A DNA stretch of 64,000 bases from Paraspadella gotoi. Its lineage: Eukaryota > Animalia > Chaetognatha. The stretch is taken from NCBI GenBank assembly GCA_051294375.1, contig CM119267.1:4111260-4175259 (forward strand). The letters are read 5' to 3'. Under the pieces are notes generated by a model. It had not been told where the DNA came from, did not search any database, and saw only the letters and a list, made by a program, of their open reading frames with translations. Position 1 is the stretch's first letter. Each line of letters opens with the position of its first letter. Shown here one piece after another: positions 38,566-51,323 of this stretch. Made by a program: the position numbers and the translations under genes.

Positions 38566-39973
38566 ATGTCGCTGCGTGGCGTCCGCGTTCTTGACATGAG
38601 CAGAGCGTTAGCCGGTCCCTACTGTTCCATGATTCTTGGCGATCTGGGGGCGGAGGTGATAAAAGTGGAGCGACCCGTGACCGGTGATGACGCGAGATCC
38701 TGGGGACCTCCGTTCATCGGCGACGAAAGCGTCTACTTCCTCTCGGTCAACAGAAACAAAAAAAGCATCTGCATCGACTTGAAGCGTGAAGGCGGGCGTC
38801 GGCTCGTCGAGCGTCTCGCCCTCATCAGCGACGTTCTCATCGAAAACTTTCTCCCGGGTAAGATGGACGCCATGGGTCTCGGTTTCGAGGCTCTGAGTCG
38901 AATCGCCCCGCGACTCATTTACGCCTCCATCACGGGTTTCGGGTCATCCGGTCCTTATTCGCAAAGAGGAGGTTACGACTTTGTAGGTTCGGCCATGGGC
39001 GGACTCACGAACATCACGGGCCCGAGCGAAGGTGAGGGTTTGATTACGTTCCGCGTATTTGTCTTTTCTATCGTTTCATGTTTGACGTTTAGGCGATCCT
39101 TGTCGCGTTGGTATCGCAATGACTGATATCACCACTGGTCTCTATTGTCACGGTGCCATCTTGGCCGCTCTTTTCCAACGCGAGAGGCAAGGTCCACAAG
39201 GTCCGTTTTATTCTCATTGTCCACTAAAAAAAATTCGGCGTTCAGTTGTTAAATCAACTTTTCTTCTCAAGGAAAAGGTGTCAAGATTGACACAAATTTA
39301 CTGTCGAGCCAAGTTGCTTGCTTGTCGCACGTGGGCGCCTGTTGGCTAAATTCCGGCATTGAAGGCAGACGTTATGGCACAGGTGGCGTTTTATTTTAAA
39401 CTTAAATCATAAAAACAACCAATAGTTAATTCCATATCTCGTGTTCTAGCCCACGGTACGATAGTTCCGTATCAAGCGTTTAAAACGGGCGACGGCCGAC
39501 TTTTGGTCATTGCCACCGGGAACAACTCCCACTTTCTCGATCTTTGCCGCCGCCTCGATCTCGAAGATTTGACGAGCGATGAACGGTTCGTCACCAACAG
39601 TTTGAGAGTTAAAAATCGCCATCAACTCGTTCCGATTCTGGAGAAAAGATTTTCCGAGAAATGCATGGACGAATGGTTGGAGAAACTAGACGGTTCTGGG
39701 GTCCCGTACGGACCGATCAACTCGTTGCAAGAAACCTTCGCGGATCCGCAAGTTATTCAAAATGACATGATATGCTCTTTCGATCATCCGACTGCTGGCC
39801 CGATTCGAGTGCCCGGAGATCCGGTCCAATACGCGACCATTGAGGGGGTAAAGGAAAAGAAGGTCAGCCCGCCTCCGTTGCTGGGGGAGCACACCGATTT
39901 CGTTTTGGAATCGTTGTTGAATATATCCAAAAGTGAGATTGAGCAACTCCGTGGTGAAAATGTTGTTTTTTAA
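38566..39973 (+). CDS. SUGCT: CaiB/BaiF class III CoA-transferase (succinate--hydroxymethylglutarate CoA-transferase-like)
   Basis: [52 protein letters not shown] and PPLLGEHT. Confidence 0.85.
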
Positions 39974-40415
39974 ATATTTAAATTGAATCGTTGTTTGAAA
40001 ATTATTTGTATGTGAATTATTGAATCGTATCATGTCCCAGGGATATTGTCCCTGATACGGGTGATTTTCATTTGGTTATGGTTGAATAAATAAATCAATA
40101 TATTAAATTATTAACATTTTATAGTGCACATTGTTTACTTATACAATTTTTAAAATTAATTTTTTAAAAAAAATCTTTGTTGATAATTGTTTAATTAATA
40201 ATTGAACATTTTTTTAAAAAAAATGATTTTCTTCCAGTTCTATAGATAAATATGGTTACCCAGAAAAAATTGAAAAGTGCCTTGCCTCTTTGCGAGAGGT
40301 TGTATCAGATAAAGGCCATAAATAGTTGTTAAATCATAGGCAAAGGGAGAACGTCACTACTCGGAAACTAAGCTTTTTAAATATACTCGATATGACAACA
40401 TTAATCGGTTAAACC

Positions 40416-43400
40416 ATGAGCGAGTCCGAAGGTTCTCATCCTTCAGAGACCCGTCCTCCTGCCCTGGAAGAGAGAACCGCTCACTCTCGCCACGATGAAC
40501 CTCTTTCGCCTCTCGTCCCTCCCTCCCCTTCTACCCCGGACGGCCGTCTGGAGATGCTCTCCCCATCGACGGCGTCTCGTCTCAGCATCAGCAGCGAAGA
40601 CGACGAGGACGACGAAGACAATAGGTTCACAGGCCACACATTCGTTAAAAAAACATTTCACAAGGTCGTCCACTGCCACCACTGCTCCGAGATGCTGTGG
40701 GGTTTGATTCAGACGGGATTAGTGTGTCAAGTGTGCAATTTTGTCGCGCACGAGAGGTGCGTTAACTCGGTGGTTAGTCTCTGTTCCTCCGTGGCCGTCA
40801 ATAAGATAAAGAATCCCGTTGCTCATTGCTGGACGGAGCCTCAGCAACTCAAGAAGCGTTTCTGCTGTGTGTGTCGGCGTCGATTGGACGACGCCCTCGC
40901 TTCAACCTGCGACATTTGCGACTACGTGGTGCATCTCAGTTGCCAGGAATTCGCCGTCAGCGATTGCAAGGAGTGCGCCACGTTTTCCCCTTACCGCGAT
41001 CTCAGCTCCACAGTCAATTACCACCACTGGCGCGAAGGGAATCTCCCCTCCGGCTCTAAATGCGGTGCGTGCAAGAAGACCTGCTGGTCCGCCGAATGCC
41101 TGACGGGGATGCGATGCGAATGGTGCGGCCTCACCGCCCACGCGTCCTGCTACAAATCGCTGCCATTCGCCTGCGATTTTGGCGAGCTCAAGTCAATCAT
41201 TCTTCCACCCGGCGCGGTGACGGTGCCGAGGACCGAGCTTCCCATGGAGAACATCCTCGGCCTGCAAAAGTCTCGATCTCGTTTCCTCATTCCCCAAGAC
41301 GACAACTCCTCGGCGGATTTTAAGAGCAGCACCGGCTTCGACGAGCCCGGCGGAAGCCCCGTCGCCCGGAGCGACGCCGGCGAAGGCTCCCCGGGCGGAA
41401 AGAGCGGCGGCGCAGGAATTAAGGGCGACAAACGAAGCTCGGGAAAGGACGCGAGTGGGGACGAGGACGGCGGCGTCGAGGAGATCCGCATCAAAGTCTT
41501 CGACGGGAATCGCGCCCTGAGAAAGAGAAGCTTCCGGACCGTGGCCGTCAACAAGAACGGAACCACGGAGGACATAATCACGGCTGGAATGAGATCCTTC
41601 CACATCTTCGACGACGCCAACAACTACTACATCACGGAGGCGCGCAACGCCGCCGCCTCCTCCGGCAAGGCGGGCGAAGACGTCGAATACGATCCGCCCG
41701 ACGACATCGAGAACGAGAGGCTCATCCTTCCCGGCACATGCGTAGAGAGTTTGAAGGAGGGAAAACATCGACCTTCCGTCGTGCTCAGATATCACGACGT
41801 CAACCCTTCGGTCGGAGTCATAAAAATCTATCCCGGAATTATGAGGTGGGCGACTTTAAAGCCCATTATTCTCGTCCCTATAACTTTTAATATCACTATT
41901 ATCTATTCTTGCAGATACAACAGCCGCGTATCGTTCGGCTACAACTACAAGAAGGTGCACATTAAGGCGGACACAACTTCGAGCGAGGTGATTCGAGCGG
42001 CGCTGAATAAGTTCAACATGGAAGCCGCCGTCGAGGCCGACTACGAGATCGTCGAGGTGCTTCTCGATCGCGGCGTGACGGAGCGCAAGCTCGACGCCGA
42101 CGATCTTCCTCTCAGCCTGCTCCAACGGGCTCGTCGGGAATCCATCTCCCTCCACCGGCTCACACGCTACTATCTGCACCAGAAGAAAGATCCGCACGGT
42201 ACGGAATTCTCGCTCTTCGTCAGCAATCTCCCTCCCCGCTACTCGCAGCGGGAGTACGAGGCCATTCTGCTCGGCATCTTGGGAAAGGAGAACAAGTGGC
42301 TCAAGTTCGAGATGATCTATCACGAGTACGGAAGCCTCGTTGTTTCGTACCCGACGGGCGAAAAGGCCGTCAGGGCCATGACCATTCTCGAGGAGGACCG
42401 GGAGAAGAAGATCCTCGTTCTGCTTCTTCCCAACCTTCAGGCCCACATGGTGCCTCTCTCCACTCTCCCGCTCCTCGTCTTTGTCAACGTCAAGAGCGGC
42501 GGGGGTCAGGGTCAAGGCTTAGTCAACACGTTCAGGCAAGCGTTGCGGCGACAAACGATTCCGATTTAAATTCTGTTCTGTCATTTTTGAGCGAGACTTG
42601 AGGGACGAATAGAATTGATCCCTACTTTACGTCACAATAATCAACGTATACGTTTGAGGTTCTGACTGTCGACGTCGTGTTTATTTTTAGAAAACTTCTC
42701 AATCCGCATCAAGTATTCAATCTGGATAACGGCGGCCCGCTGGCGGGCCTCTACGTTTTTCGCAAGATCGCCAAATATAAGATTCTCGTCTGCGGCGGGG
42801 ACGGAACCGTGGGTTGGGTTCTTTCCTGCCTCGACAACGTTGGGCAAGACGCGGAATGCTCCTCGCCTGCCATGGCCATAATCCCGCTCGGAACCGGCAA
42901 CGATTTGGCCAGGGTCCTCCGATGGGGATCCGGCTATGCCGGCGACGAAGATCCCCTCGATCTCTTAAGGTTATACATTATTTGATTTTCATGTCTCCTC
43001 GATCGTCAATTACACTCATATGCAAAAAAAAAAAAACGCTCTATTTTATAACTTTAAATTCCAGATACTCCATAAAAATTTTTTTTTAAAAATTATATAA
43101 GAAAATTAATTAATATATATGTTTATTAAAATCGGTCAAGCGATTTTAAAGATATGATTTTTTAAACTTGAGTGTTTTAAATCAACAAAGGAAAATCGAA
43201 TATTATTCATCTTATTTTTTAATAATTTTGAAATTAATATGTAAGGATTTGGGTCAATCCAATTATCCAGTTATCCCTTCGGAAATCTTTTATTATTTTT
43301 ATCTATTTTTATTATATTATAAAAATATAAAATATTATAAAAAATATTAATTTTAAATAAATTAAATATTTTAATATTTAATTTTGTTGTAAAGTATTTT

Positions 43401-45113
43401 ATTTTAAAAAATTATTGCTTCCAAACCGATTGCCAGATTTTGATAAAATTTATGTCAAATTCCTTATATTATGGCAACGGAGGGACATGTGTGATGCCTG
43501 GGGTGTGAGACAGGCGCTCAGGGCTTTGGACCTGCAGTGACCACCCCATGTTACTGGCGTGTTTATGCCGACACCATCGTGACCGTGAGGGGATTGAACC
43601 CGGAACTCACGGTTGGTGAACGAGTACTTAGCTGTCCAAGCCAATGGGACGAGCTGAGTTTCACCAAGCTATACGGGAGGCGAATTTAGGATTCGCCACA
43701 ATATTTTAATAAATTTTAATTTATTAAATCCGAAACATGTCCGTCTCTTAACAATAAAAATTCCAAAACATTTTGTTTTTTTTAATTTCTTTTTAAAATA
43801 AAAAAAAATAATTTAAACTTAAAGGTTTTTTCAAAATGATTTTGAAAGTGGCGCGTTTTTTTTCACATGACTGTACTCTCTTCAAATAATTTGTTTTGGG
43901 ATGAAACAGGGATGTGATCGAAGCGGAGGACATTAAGTTGGATCGATGGACGGTGGCTTTCAAGTTCGAAGAAGAGCGACGCGACGATCAACGCAAGGAA
44001 CTTGCGGACAGAACCAACACTGTCGACACCAGCGAGGAATCTTCTCAAGTTTTGGTAAAGCCCTTTTTGATTAAGGGAATGAATCTCTGAGCCGGTTATC
44101 TTCATCTTCTTTTCCGATGTTTCAAGGTTATGAATAACTATTTCGGGATCGGCATCGACGCGGAACTTTGCCTCGACTTTCATCAAGCGAGGGAGGAAAA
44201 TCCAGAAAAATTCAGTTCTCGTCTCCACAATAAAGGCGTCTATTTCCAGGTCATTTCTTTGAATAAAAAAAAGGATTCATATCTTTATTAATACTGATGA
44301 TGTTATCGCAACGGGAGGATTGCATGTGATACCGGCTCCGTCACATTTAAGCCAGAACCGGGATACCCAGGGATTGAACCCAGGACGCACGGTTGAAACG
44401 AGATGATTTACCCTGCTCAGTGCTCAGCCATTGAGACGAAGCTGAGGACGTACAGCAGTGAGGCAGCTTTAAGCCGTGCTGCCACAATATAACGTTTTCT
44501 TAAAAACTATTTCAGATGGGCCTCCGTAAACTGGTCAACCACCGGTCGTGCAAAGACCTTCACAAGCAACTGATCATGGTCGTCGACGGACGACAGCTGG
44601 AACTTCCTCCCGTAGAAGGAATTATCATACTCAACATTTTGTCGTGGGCGTCGGGGTCGAACCCATGGGGCGAAACTCACCAGAGGGAGGAAGGCTTTCA
44701 GCGACCTAATCATCACGACGGGCTCTTGGAGATCTTGGGCGTCAATGGGGTCGTTCACATGGGCCAGATCAAGAGCGGACTCAGATCCGGTATGTTATGT
44801 TAGCCATATATTTTGGTCAGTGCCTTTTAGCATACCGAGCTCATAAAACATATTTAAAGGCGTACGCATCGCTCAAGGGGGCCATTTAAAGATCAGTCTC
44901 CTCTCCGAGCTTCCCGTTCAAGTTGACGGAGAGCCGTGGATTCAGCCTCCTGGGACCGTACTCGTCATCCGTTCCCCTCTCAGCGCCACCATGTTGAAGA
45001 AACCTCGTTTAAGAGTGAGAAGGCGCAATACGGAACCTTCACTCACTTTTCCCGACACCCTCACTTCCCACTCAGTCGTGAGTCCCGACCCTCAGTCCGA
45101 CGTTGCTCACTGA
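40416..45113 (+). CDS. DGKQ: Diacylglycerol kinase theta-like
   Basis: Three C1 domains, an RA domain and an RRM-like region, then [46 protein letters not shown] and PVQVDGEPW. Confidence 0.9.
43470..43700 (-). repeat. Longer copy of the solo-LTR-like repeat with tRNA-like core (in a DGK intron)
   Basis: The reverse complement reads TGTGGCGAATCC...TGGCTTGGACAG...GGTTCAATCCC...GTTGCCATA. ATAT flanks both sides. Confidence 0.8.
44304..44486 (-). repeat. Diverged relative of the tRNA-core repeat (in a DGK intron)
   Basis: Same architecture: TGTGGC start, GGGTTCAATCCC B-box and ATCACATG...CCGTTGCGATA end. Flanks are ATGT/ATAT. Confidence 0.6.
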
Positions 45114-46018
45114 AAACACGGGCATAACAAAATCCCTGGGATGATTCTCAGTTTAATTTTTTTATTTTTGTTTTGTATCTTTTTTTGTTTACTCTACTCG
45201 ACCCGCGCTTTTTGACCTTTTTATGTTAACTGAGATTCTTAGTCATGGAATTGTAATTTTTAGTTTCTGGTGATCTCCGATCATCGTCGACAGAAGATTT
45301 TTTGTTTTTATTTAAAAAAAAATCTTCTTCGATTTTGAATGTTTACAATCGTTATTTCGTGGTGTACCGTAAAATCTAAAATGACTTTTAAGGACGTTTT
45401 GCAATTCACGGGATTGTATTATTAAGCAACTGATGTGGTGAAAATTAATGGCACTGTATATTTGTGCAAACATATTATTGGTAGATTTAATAACCTATTA
45501 TTTAGGGCGCTGTATGACCTTAATTTAACATATTATTAAAAATTTCGTCGCAGCCTCACGATGTTGTGATTTTTCTACTTCAGAAGTAGAAATGAATTAC
45601 CAAAGAATAGAAATAAACTGGGTTTGTTGTTTCTGTTAGCACTTTCAACTAATTGAATAAATGTGAGAGTGTGAATACTTATGAATCCGAGGGCATTTTA
45701 CAAATCGTTGAAAATTTAAGTTTAAACAGCAGTATGTAGTTTGTTTTAATATAGAGATATGCATTCCGTCTCGTTTAGATTAAATATCTTTTTTTAAGTA
45801 TTACCGTATTTTGTTAACAGTGAATCTAGAATAAAAGTAGATTTTTGATAATAATGATTTTTACAATCATGGTCTCAAATTTTATGCATTTCATTTTCCT
45901 CTCAAATGGATATATTGAAATTTTAGTACTTAACAATTGTTTTATAGTGCGTATTTGTTTTACATTTTTTTTCTCCCAGCCAGTTCAAACATGGAATTTT
46001 CCAATTTAGTCACTATTG

Positions 46019-46066
46019 ATAGGTTTACTGATGGCTATATAGCTATATAGCCATCAGTAAACCTAT
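46019..46066. repeat. Perfect 48-bp palindrome without a loop
   Basis: ATAGGTTTACTGATGGCTATATAG followed directly by CTATATAGCCATCAGTAAACCTAT. Confidence 0.95.
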
Positions 46067-47568
46067 ATGAAATGAAAAAAAAATTAAATCTGAAGTTTTT
46101 TTGTTTTTAATGTTTATAAGTCTCATTTTTAAATTAAAAATTAAGCTTATATTGAAATATACTGTAAGAACGTTCTACAATGACGGCAGCCTCATCCATC
46201 TTATCACCATGATAAGGTCCTTATCTACTAACTGATTAATAGTGATTATGTACGTAATCCTCATGACAGATATAATTTTGGTTAATGTTATTGAGTTGGG
46301 GAGAGAAGGGAGAAATTAATCTGGAGACAAATTTAGGAATTAAAACAAAAAAGTCTCATCATTATTTTGCATTGGTCGAGGATTATTTTCGCTAATTTTT
46401 TATTTATTGAAGAATTTTTGTGGATATCCAGTCTTGCTTGTCTATTTAAAAAATCCCACACGAATCCGGACAAAAACTTTGGTTTTGGTATAACTTAAAT
46501 ACAAATGCTTAATCTTTTAATAATACTTGATATGCATGAGGAATCAAGTCGACATTTGTACGATATCAAGACGAAATAAATCGCTTTTAGTTTAATGCTT
46601 GTTATAATCTTTGTTTCGTAGATGCCAGATTTTTAGATTTACTAGTAGGCACGTCGTTATACTCGGATATAAAAGAGTACTGCATTACCGGAAAAGTGGA
46701 GTTGTAAATGGCATATCAAAGTTTTTAAACCGTCACGTTAATGAAAGTTTATTATTATAATTATCTTGATGTGCCAACTTTTAAGTAGAAAAATTAATGC
46801 AGTTCTCTTTAATGAAAGTCTCAAGGAGAAAAAAATATTTTACTATAATTTCGTTTTGATATTTTTCTGTAGGAGGAAACGATTGCTTGATGAATTCTAA
46901 ATTAATTTTTACGAACGCCATCAGGTCTGGTAAAAAAATAGAAATTGTGACTAAATAACAAGAATACTTGAGGTAAAAGTATTCGCGTCTATAGAAAAGT
47001 TTTCCTTGTTACTTCGCCTGTTTTGAAGTATTGATTCGTAAGCCATCGCTTTCCATTACCCTACCCGAGTTTTGCTTTCTCCCTCAACCAAAGATGAGAA
47101 ATGAACTGTTCTGTGATCCTTATTTAATACATTCATTATTCAATTTATTCATAATCCATTTGCTTGACAATTCAACCTTCATTGTACTTGCTTTATCGTG
47201 ATTTTTGTTTATTTTTGGTTTTATACTTTAATATTGAAAATTTACTCGAATGACAATTGAATTCCAGGCAATTTCTTTACAAAATATTTTGTCTATTTTT
47301 CAATTTGGTTTCGGTTTTCGTCCAGTTGAGCTCTTAACATGTATGACTTCTATTTACAACTATCTTTGCTAAATATTCGTGTCTTTAATTTTTTTTTCCT
47401 ATTCATATTCGCATCGCTTGATTGCTAAGAACGTTGTTTAAATAAAATTCCAGTTTGTTGTAACTCGTCACATTTGAACTGGAATAAGGAAGAAAGACGA
47501 ACTACACTAGGAATAGAGAAACAATCAAAACTTGAACTAGCCCTTTTAAGTCGACGAAGGCCGTTGTC

Positions 47569-49696
47569 ATGACTACACCGGCGACGAGAACGGTCAAATC
47601 GATGAAAGAGTCGGCGGTGACGAAGCGCGCTGTTCCAGAGGTGGAGCCGCCGACGATGGAGATTCTCAAGATGTCGCAGGTGTACGCCAAGAACGGAAAA
47701 CCGCGTCCGGCGGAGCTCAAGAAACATTTCCTGCGCGAGGGGCGCGTCGATCAAGCCCTCGCCTTAAGAATTATCGAAGATGCTACCGCCATCTTCAGGA
47801 GAGAACCCACCGTTCTTGAAGTCAGAGGTCCATATTTTCGCGATTCAATCTTCCTTACTGTTCGTCTCTTACCTTTTTCGGTTTCCACTCATTCTTCCTC
47901 CCCAATAAGCCCCCGTCACTGTTTGCGGCGACATCCACGGTCAATACTACGATCTGCTGAAGCTTTTCGAAGTGGGAGGCGCGCCCGGCGAGACTCGTTA
48001 CCTTTTTCTGGGAGATTACGTAGATCGGGGTCACTTTAGCATCGAGTGCGTCCTCTACTTGTGGTGCTTTAAGATCCTGTTTCCCGAAGATTTCTTCCTG
48101 ATACGGGGCAACCACGAATGTCGACACCTCAGCGAATTTTTCACCTTCAAGGGAAAGGGGGGGGTGGGGGAAGGGGAAGAGGTTTGATTAAATAATGGTA
48201 ATGATGGGTATTGGTAATTGTATTTTAATATGATGAAACAGATTGATGCCGAAATGAGGTGAAATTAAGTGAAATGATTTTAAGAATTTTGATCCCTCAC
48301 GATCACGCGGCTTCCCCTTCAGACCGAGTGCCAGATCAAGTACTCCATGGCGGTGTTTGACGCTTGCATGATCTCGTTCGACTGCCTCCCTCTCGCCGCC
48401 GTTCTCAACAAGCAGTACCTTTGCGTCCATGGTGGCCTCTCCCCCGAGATCCACACCGTCAACGACATTCGTAAGATCGACCGTTTTCGGGAGCCGCCGC
48501 CCGTTGGTCCCATGTGCGATTTGCTGTGGGCCGACCCCGCAGTGGACTTTGGTCGAGAAAGAACCAAAGAGTACTTCACGAACAACTCGGCCCGAGGATG
48601 CTCGTATTATTACACTTACCTGGCGTGCTGCCAGTTTCTAAAAGGTCTTTTTCTTTCCTTTCCTTTCGTTTCGTTTCGTTTCGTTTCGTTTCGTTTCGTT
48701 TCGTTTCGTTTCGTTTCGTTTCGTTTCGTTTCGTTTCGTTTCGTTTCGTTTCGTTTCGTTCAACATCTTTCCACGCCCCGTCCGCATCGCAGACAACAAC
48801 CTCCTCTCCGTGATTCGCGCCCACGAGGCACAGGATCAAGGATACCGTATGTACCGCAAGAACGAAAAAACGGGATTCCCTGCGCTCTTCACCGTCTTTT
48901 CGGCGCCCAACTACCTCGACACTTACTACAACCGGGCGGCCATATTCAAGTACGAGGCCTGCGGCAAGGCAAACGAATCCGATTTCGTCATGAACATCCG
49001 CCAGTTCGGTTGGTCGCCGCATCCTTACTGGTTGCCTAACTTCACTGACGTCTTCACCTGGTCACTGCCTTTCGTCGGCGAACAAGTCGTGCGGCTCATC
49101 GAGGCCGTCCTGACGATCTGCTCCGACGACGAGCTCTCCGACGAGTCCGACCCAGACGTCGGTGGAAAGGGGCGCAATCTGAGGAACAAGGAAAGTGGAG
49201 AGGCAGAGAGGGGGGGGTGTTAGGGGGTGGTCTTTCCCGGTTTTAGAGTATGGATGGTCGGAGGATGGTCGTTAAAATATTAACTAAGAAACGATTGCGT
49301 GAATGACTCACCGACGCTCAGGTGATGGCCGTGGCTAAGATCAGCCGCGCCTTCAACACGCTACGTAAAGAGAGCGAAGTCATCCTCGATCTCAAGGGCC
49401 TCACGCCCTCGTCGTCGCTCGAGTCGATGCCCGAAGTCTCTGACGATATGAAGGAAAAGCTTCAGGATCGAAAGAAGCGAAGTTTCGAGGACGTGAAGAA
49501 TCTCGATCGAGGTTGGTCCACTTCATTCATCCTCCGGAATCTGCGAAAATTGTCTCGCGAAGGAGTCATGTTTTTCGCTCTTTCCTTCCCCCTCCCTTCC
49601 TCCCGCAAAGTCAACGAACGCATGCCGGAAACTATGAAAACGCAGAATCAACAGAACCAAAAAGACGCCGAAAAAAAGGCGGGATCGAAATATTAG
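47569..49696 (+). CDS. Calcineurin A (PP2B catalytic subunit), multi-exon
   Basis: [30 protein letters not shown] and [21 protein letters not shown]. CaM-binding [15 protein letters not shown] and autoinhibitory [16 protein letters not shown]. Confidence 0.92.
48664..48760. repeat. (TTTCG)n microsatellite, about 19 units, intronic
   Basis: Direct reading of the sequence. Confidence 0.95.
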
Positions 49697-49956
49697 TTAT
49701 TTAGGTTGATGTTTATTCCTTGCTTGCTCGCTATGATTTGCGTCGTGTATGGCGAGTTGTTTTAATTTATACGAATGGAAAACTGGTTTTAAAAAACGTC
49801 AATTTTGATGTATAGTCTGTTTTATCATGAATGCGAAAACCAACCGTTTTCAACCAACTTCTGCGAGTTAAAGCTTATATATTTTTAGCGTGGAACATTT
49901 TTTATTCGGATAGCGTTTGAATTTTCTATATCATCTTTATTTTATAGTTAAGGCAC

Positions 49957-51217
49957 ATGGCACAGTCTCTTAGCCTACTGATACGATTCGCGTCGACGCG
50001 AAATAGATGCAATTTTTCTGTTTTTAACAAAATTGTGTCCCGTATCCCTTGGATTAATGCTATGACGACGCGTGATTTCTCCGTCGCCCGGAACGATAAA
50101 AAAACAAACGTCGCTCAGCCTGTTAGTGCAAAAACTTCGGGGCAATATGAACCTACTTCCTCGACGCCGTTGGAAGTAGAAAGACGATTTGTGATCGAGA
50201 ACGACACCGAAGAGAGAATCATAGCTGCCGGTGCATCTCTTATCAAGGATCAACGATTCACGGATTCGTATTTCGGTGAGATATACCCTCCGACGTTGTT
50301 CTTCACGGTGATTGTTTTCTCCGAGTTTCACGCCTACTTCGTTATGCCTGATGAGCGAGGTTTTTCTGTGTTCCTGTCCAGATACTCCAGAGTTGCATTT
50401 GACCTCCGAAGATTACTGGCTTCGACTCAGAGATTCCGAGTGGCAGCTCAAATATCCGCCCGCGGTTCGTATGAGGTCAGGCGGTGAATTTAGAGAACAA
50501 TTATGAGAGATGAACTGTTATTTAGATCCCCATTCATACCTTACACAATCGTCACCAAAGCGCGTCAAGTTTGATCTCATCATCCGAGATTTATTTTTTC
50601 TGTAGCTCAAACTCCGCCGAATACATCGAGGTCGAAAACGAAAGGAAGATCGGAGAAATTCTGGCCGCCGATTTCCAGAATAGATTTCGTGCTGTCGATT
50701 TAACAAGTCAGTCGAGTCCGCGGATCAACAAAAAAATATAGTAGGGTCGACCTTACCTTATTTTTTCTCAGCCACGCCTCTTTCATCCTGCCGTCGCCTG
50801 GAAATCTTGCGCGAGTTTTGCACCATCGTCACTCGGCGACGGAAGTTCCTTATCGACGGCGTCGTTGTTGACGTCGACGTCGCCGACTTTGGTTTCTCCG
50901 TCGGCGAGATGGAGGTCGTCGTCGAGACAGCGGGAGACGCGGTGACGGTCGAGAGAAGGAGGGGAGAGGTAGAGAGTTTTATTCGTCGCTGTGGTAACGC
51001 GAATCCGTGCTCACTGCTCAGTTCTTTATATGGAATTCAAAGAGGAAACCAAATTTCGTTATTCCGACAGGCGTTACGAGCTATTGATGCGGTCGCGAAC
51101 AAACTGGGAATTAAAACGGAATCTCGAAATATTCACGGGAAGTTGACTACTTACCTTAAACTCTATCGTCCTCAACATTTCGAATTGCTCGTCCAAAAAG
51201 GAGTCATTCATTCCTGA
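49957..51217 (+). CDS. THTPA: CYTH-domain thiamine triphosphatase-like
   Basis: LEVERRF, FTDSYFDT..LHLTSEDYWLRLRDSEWQLKYP, TRRRKF, VDVADFGFSVGEMEV and GKLTTYL..RPQHF. Confidence 0.8.
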
Positions 51218-51323
51218 TCATTTTGATCTCGTTTTGAAAGAAACGAAACTTCGGAGTTTACTCAAAAACATTTTAGTATTGCTTTTTTTTCTCTTTGTTA
51301 CTTTTTAGAATCAGTTCTTGAAA

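Noticed and set aside
40443-42601. Long antisense and alternate-frame ORFs overlapping DGK and other genes
   Set aside because: Expected shadows of GC-rich codon usage, with no recognisable motifs.
29243-43644. Two ORFs starting [14 protein letters not shown], and possible tRNA genes at these sites
   Set aside because: Both lie in the interspersed repeat. I could not fold a full cloverleaf with a paired acceptor stem, so I call neither a CDS nor a tRNA.
48576-49039. FVSFR/RNETK repeat proteins or a CRISPR-like array
   Set aside because: This is a simple (TTTCG)n microsatellite in an intron, with no spacers.
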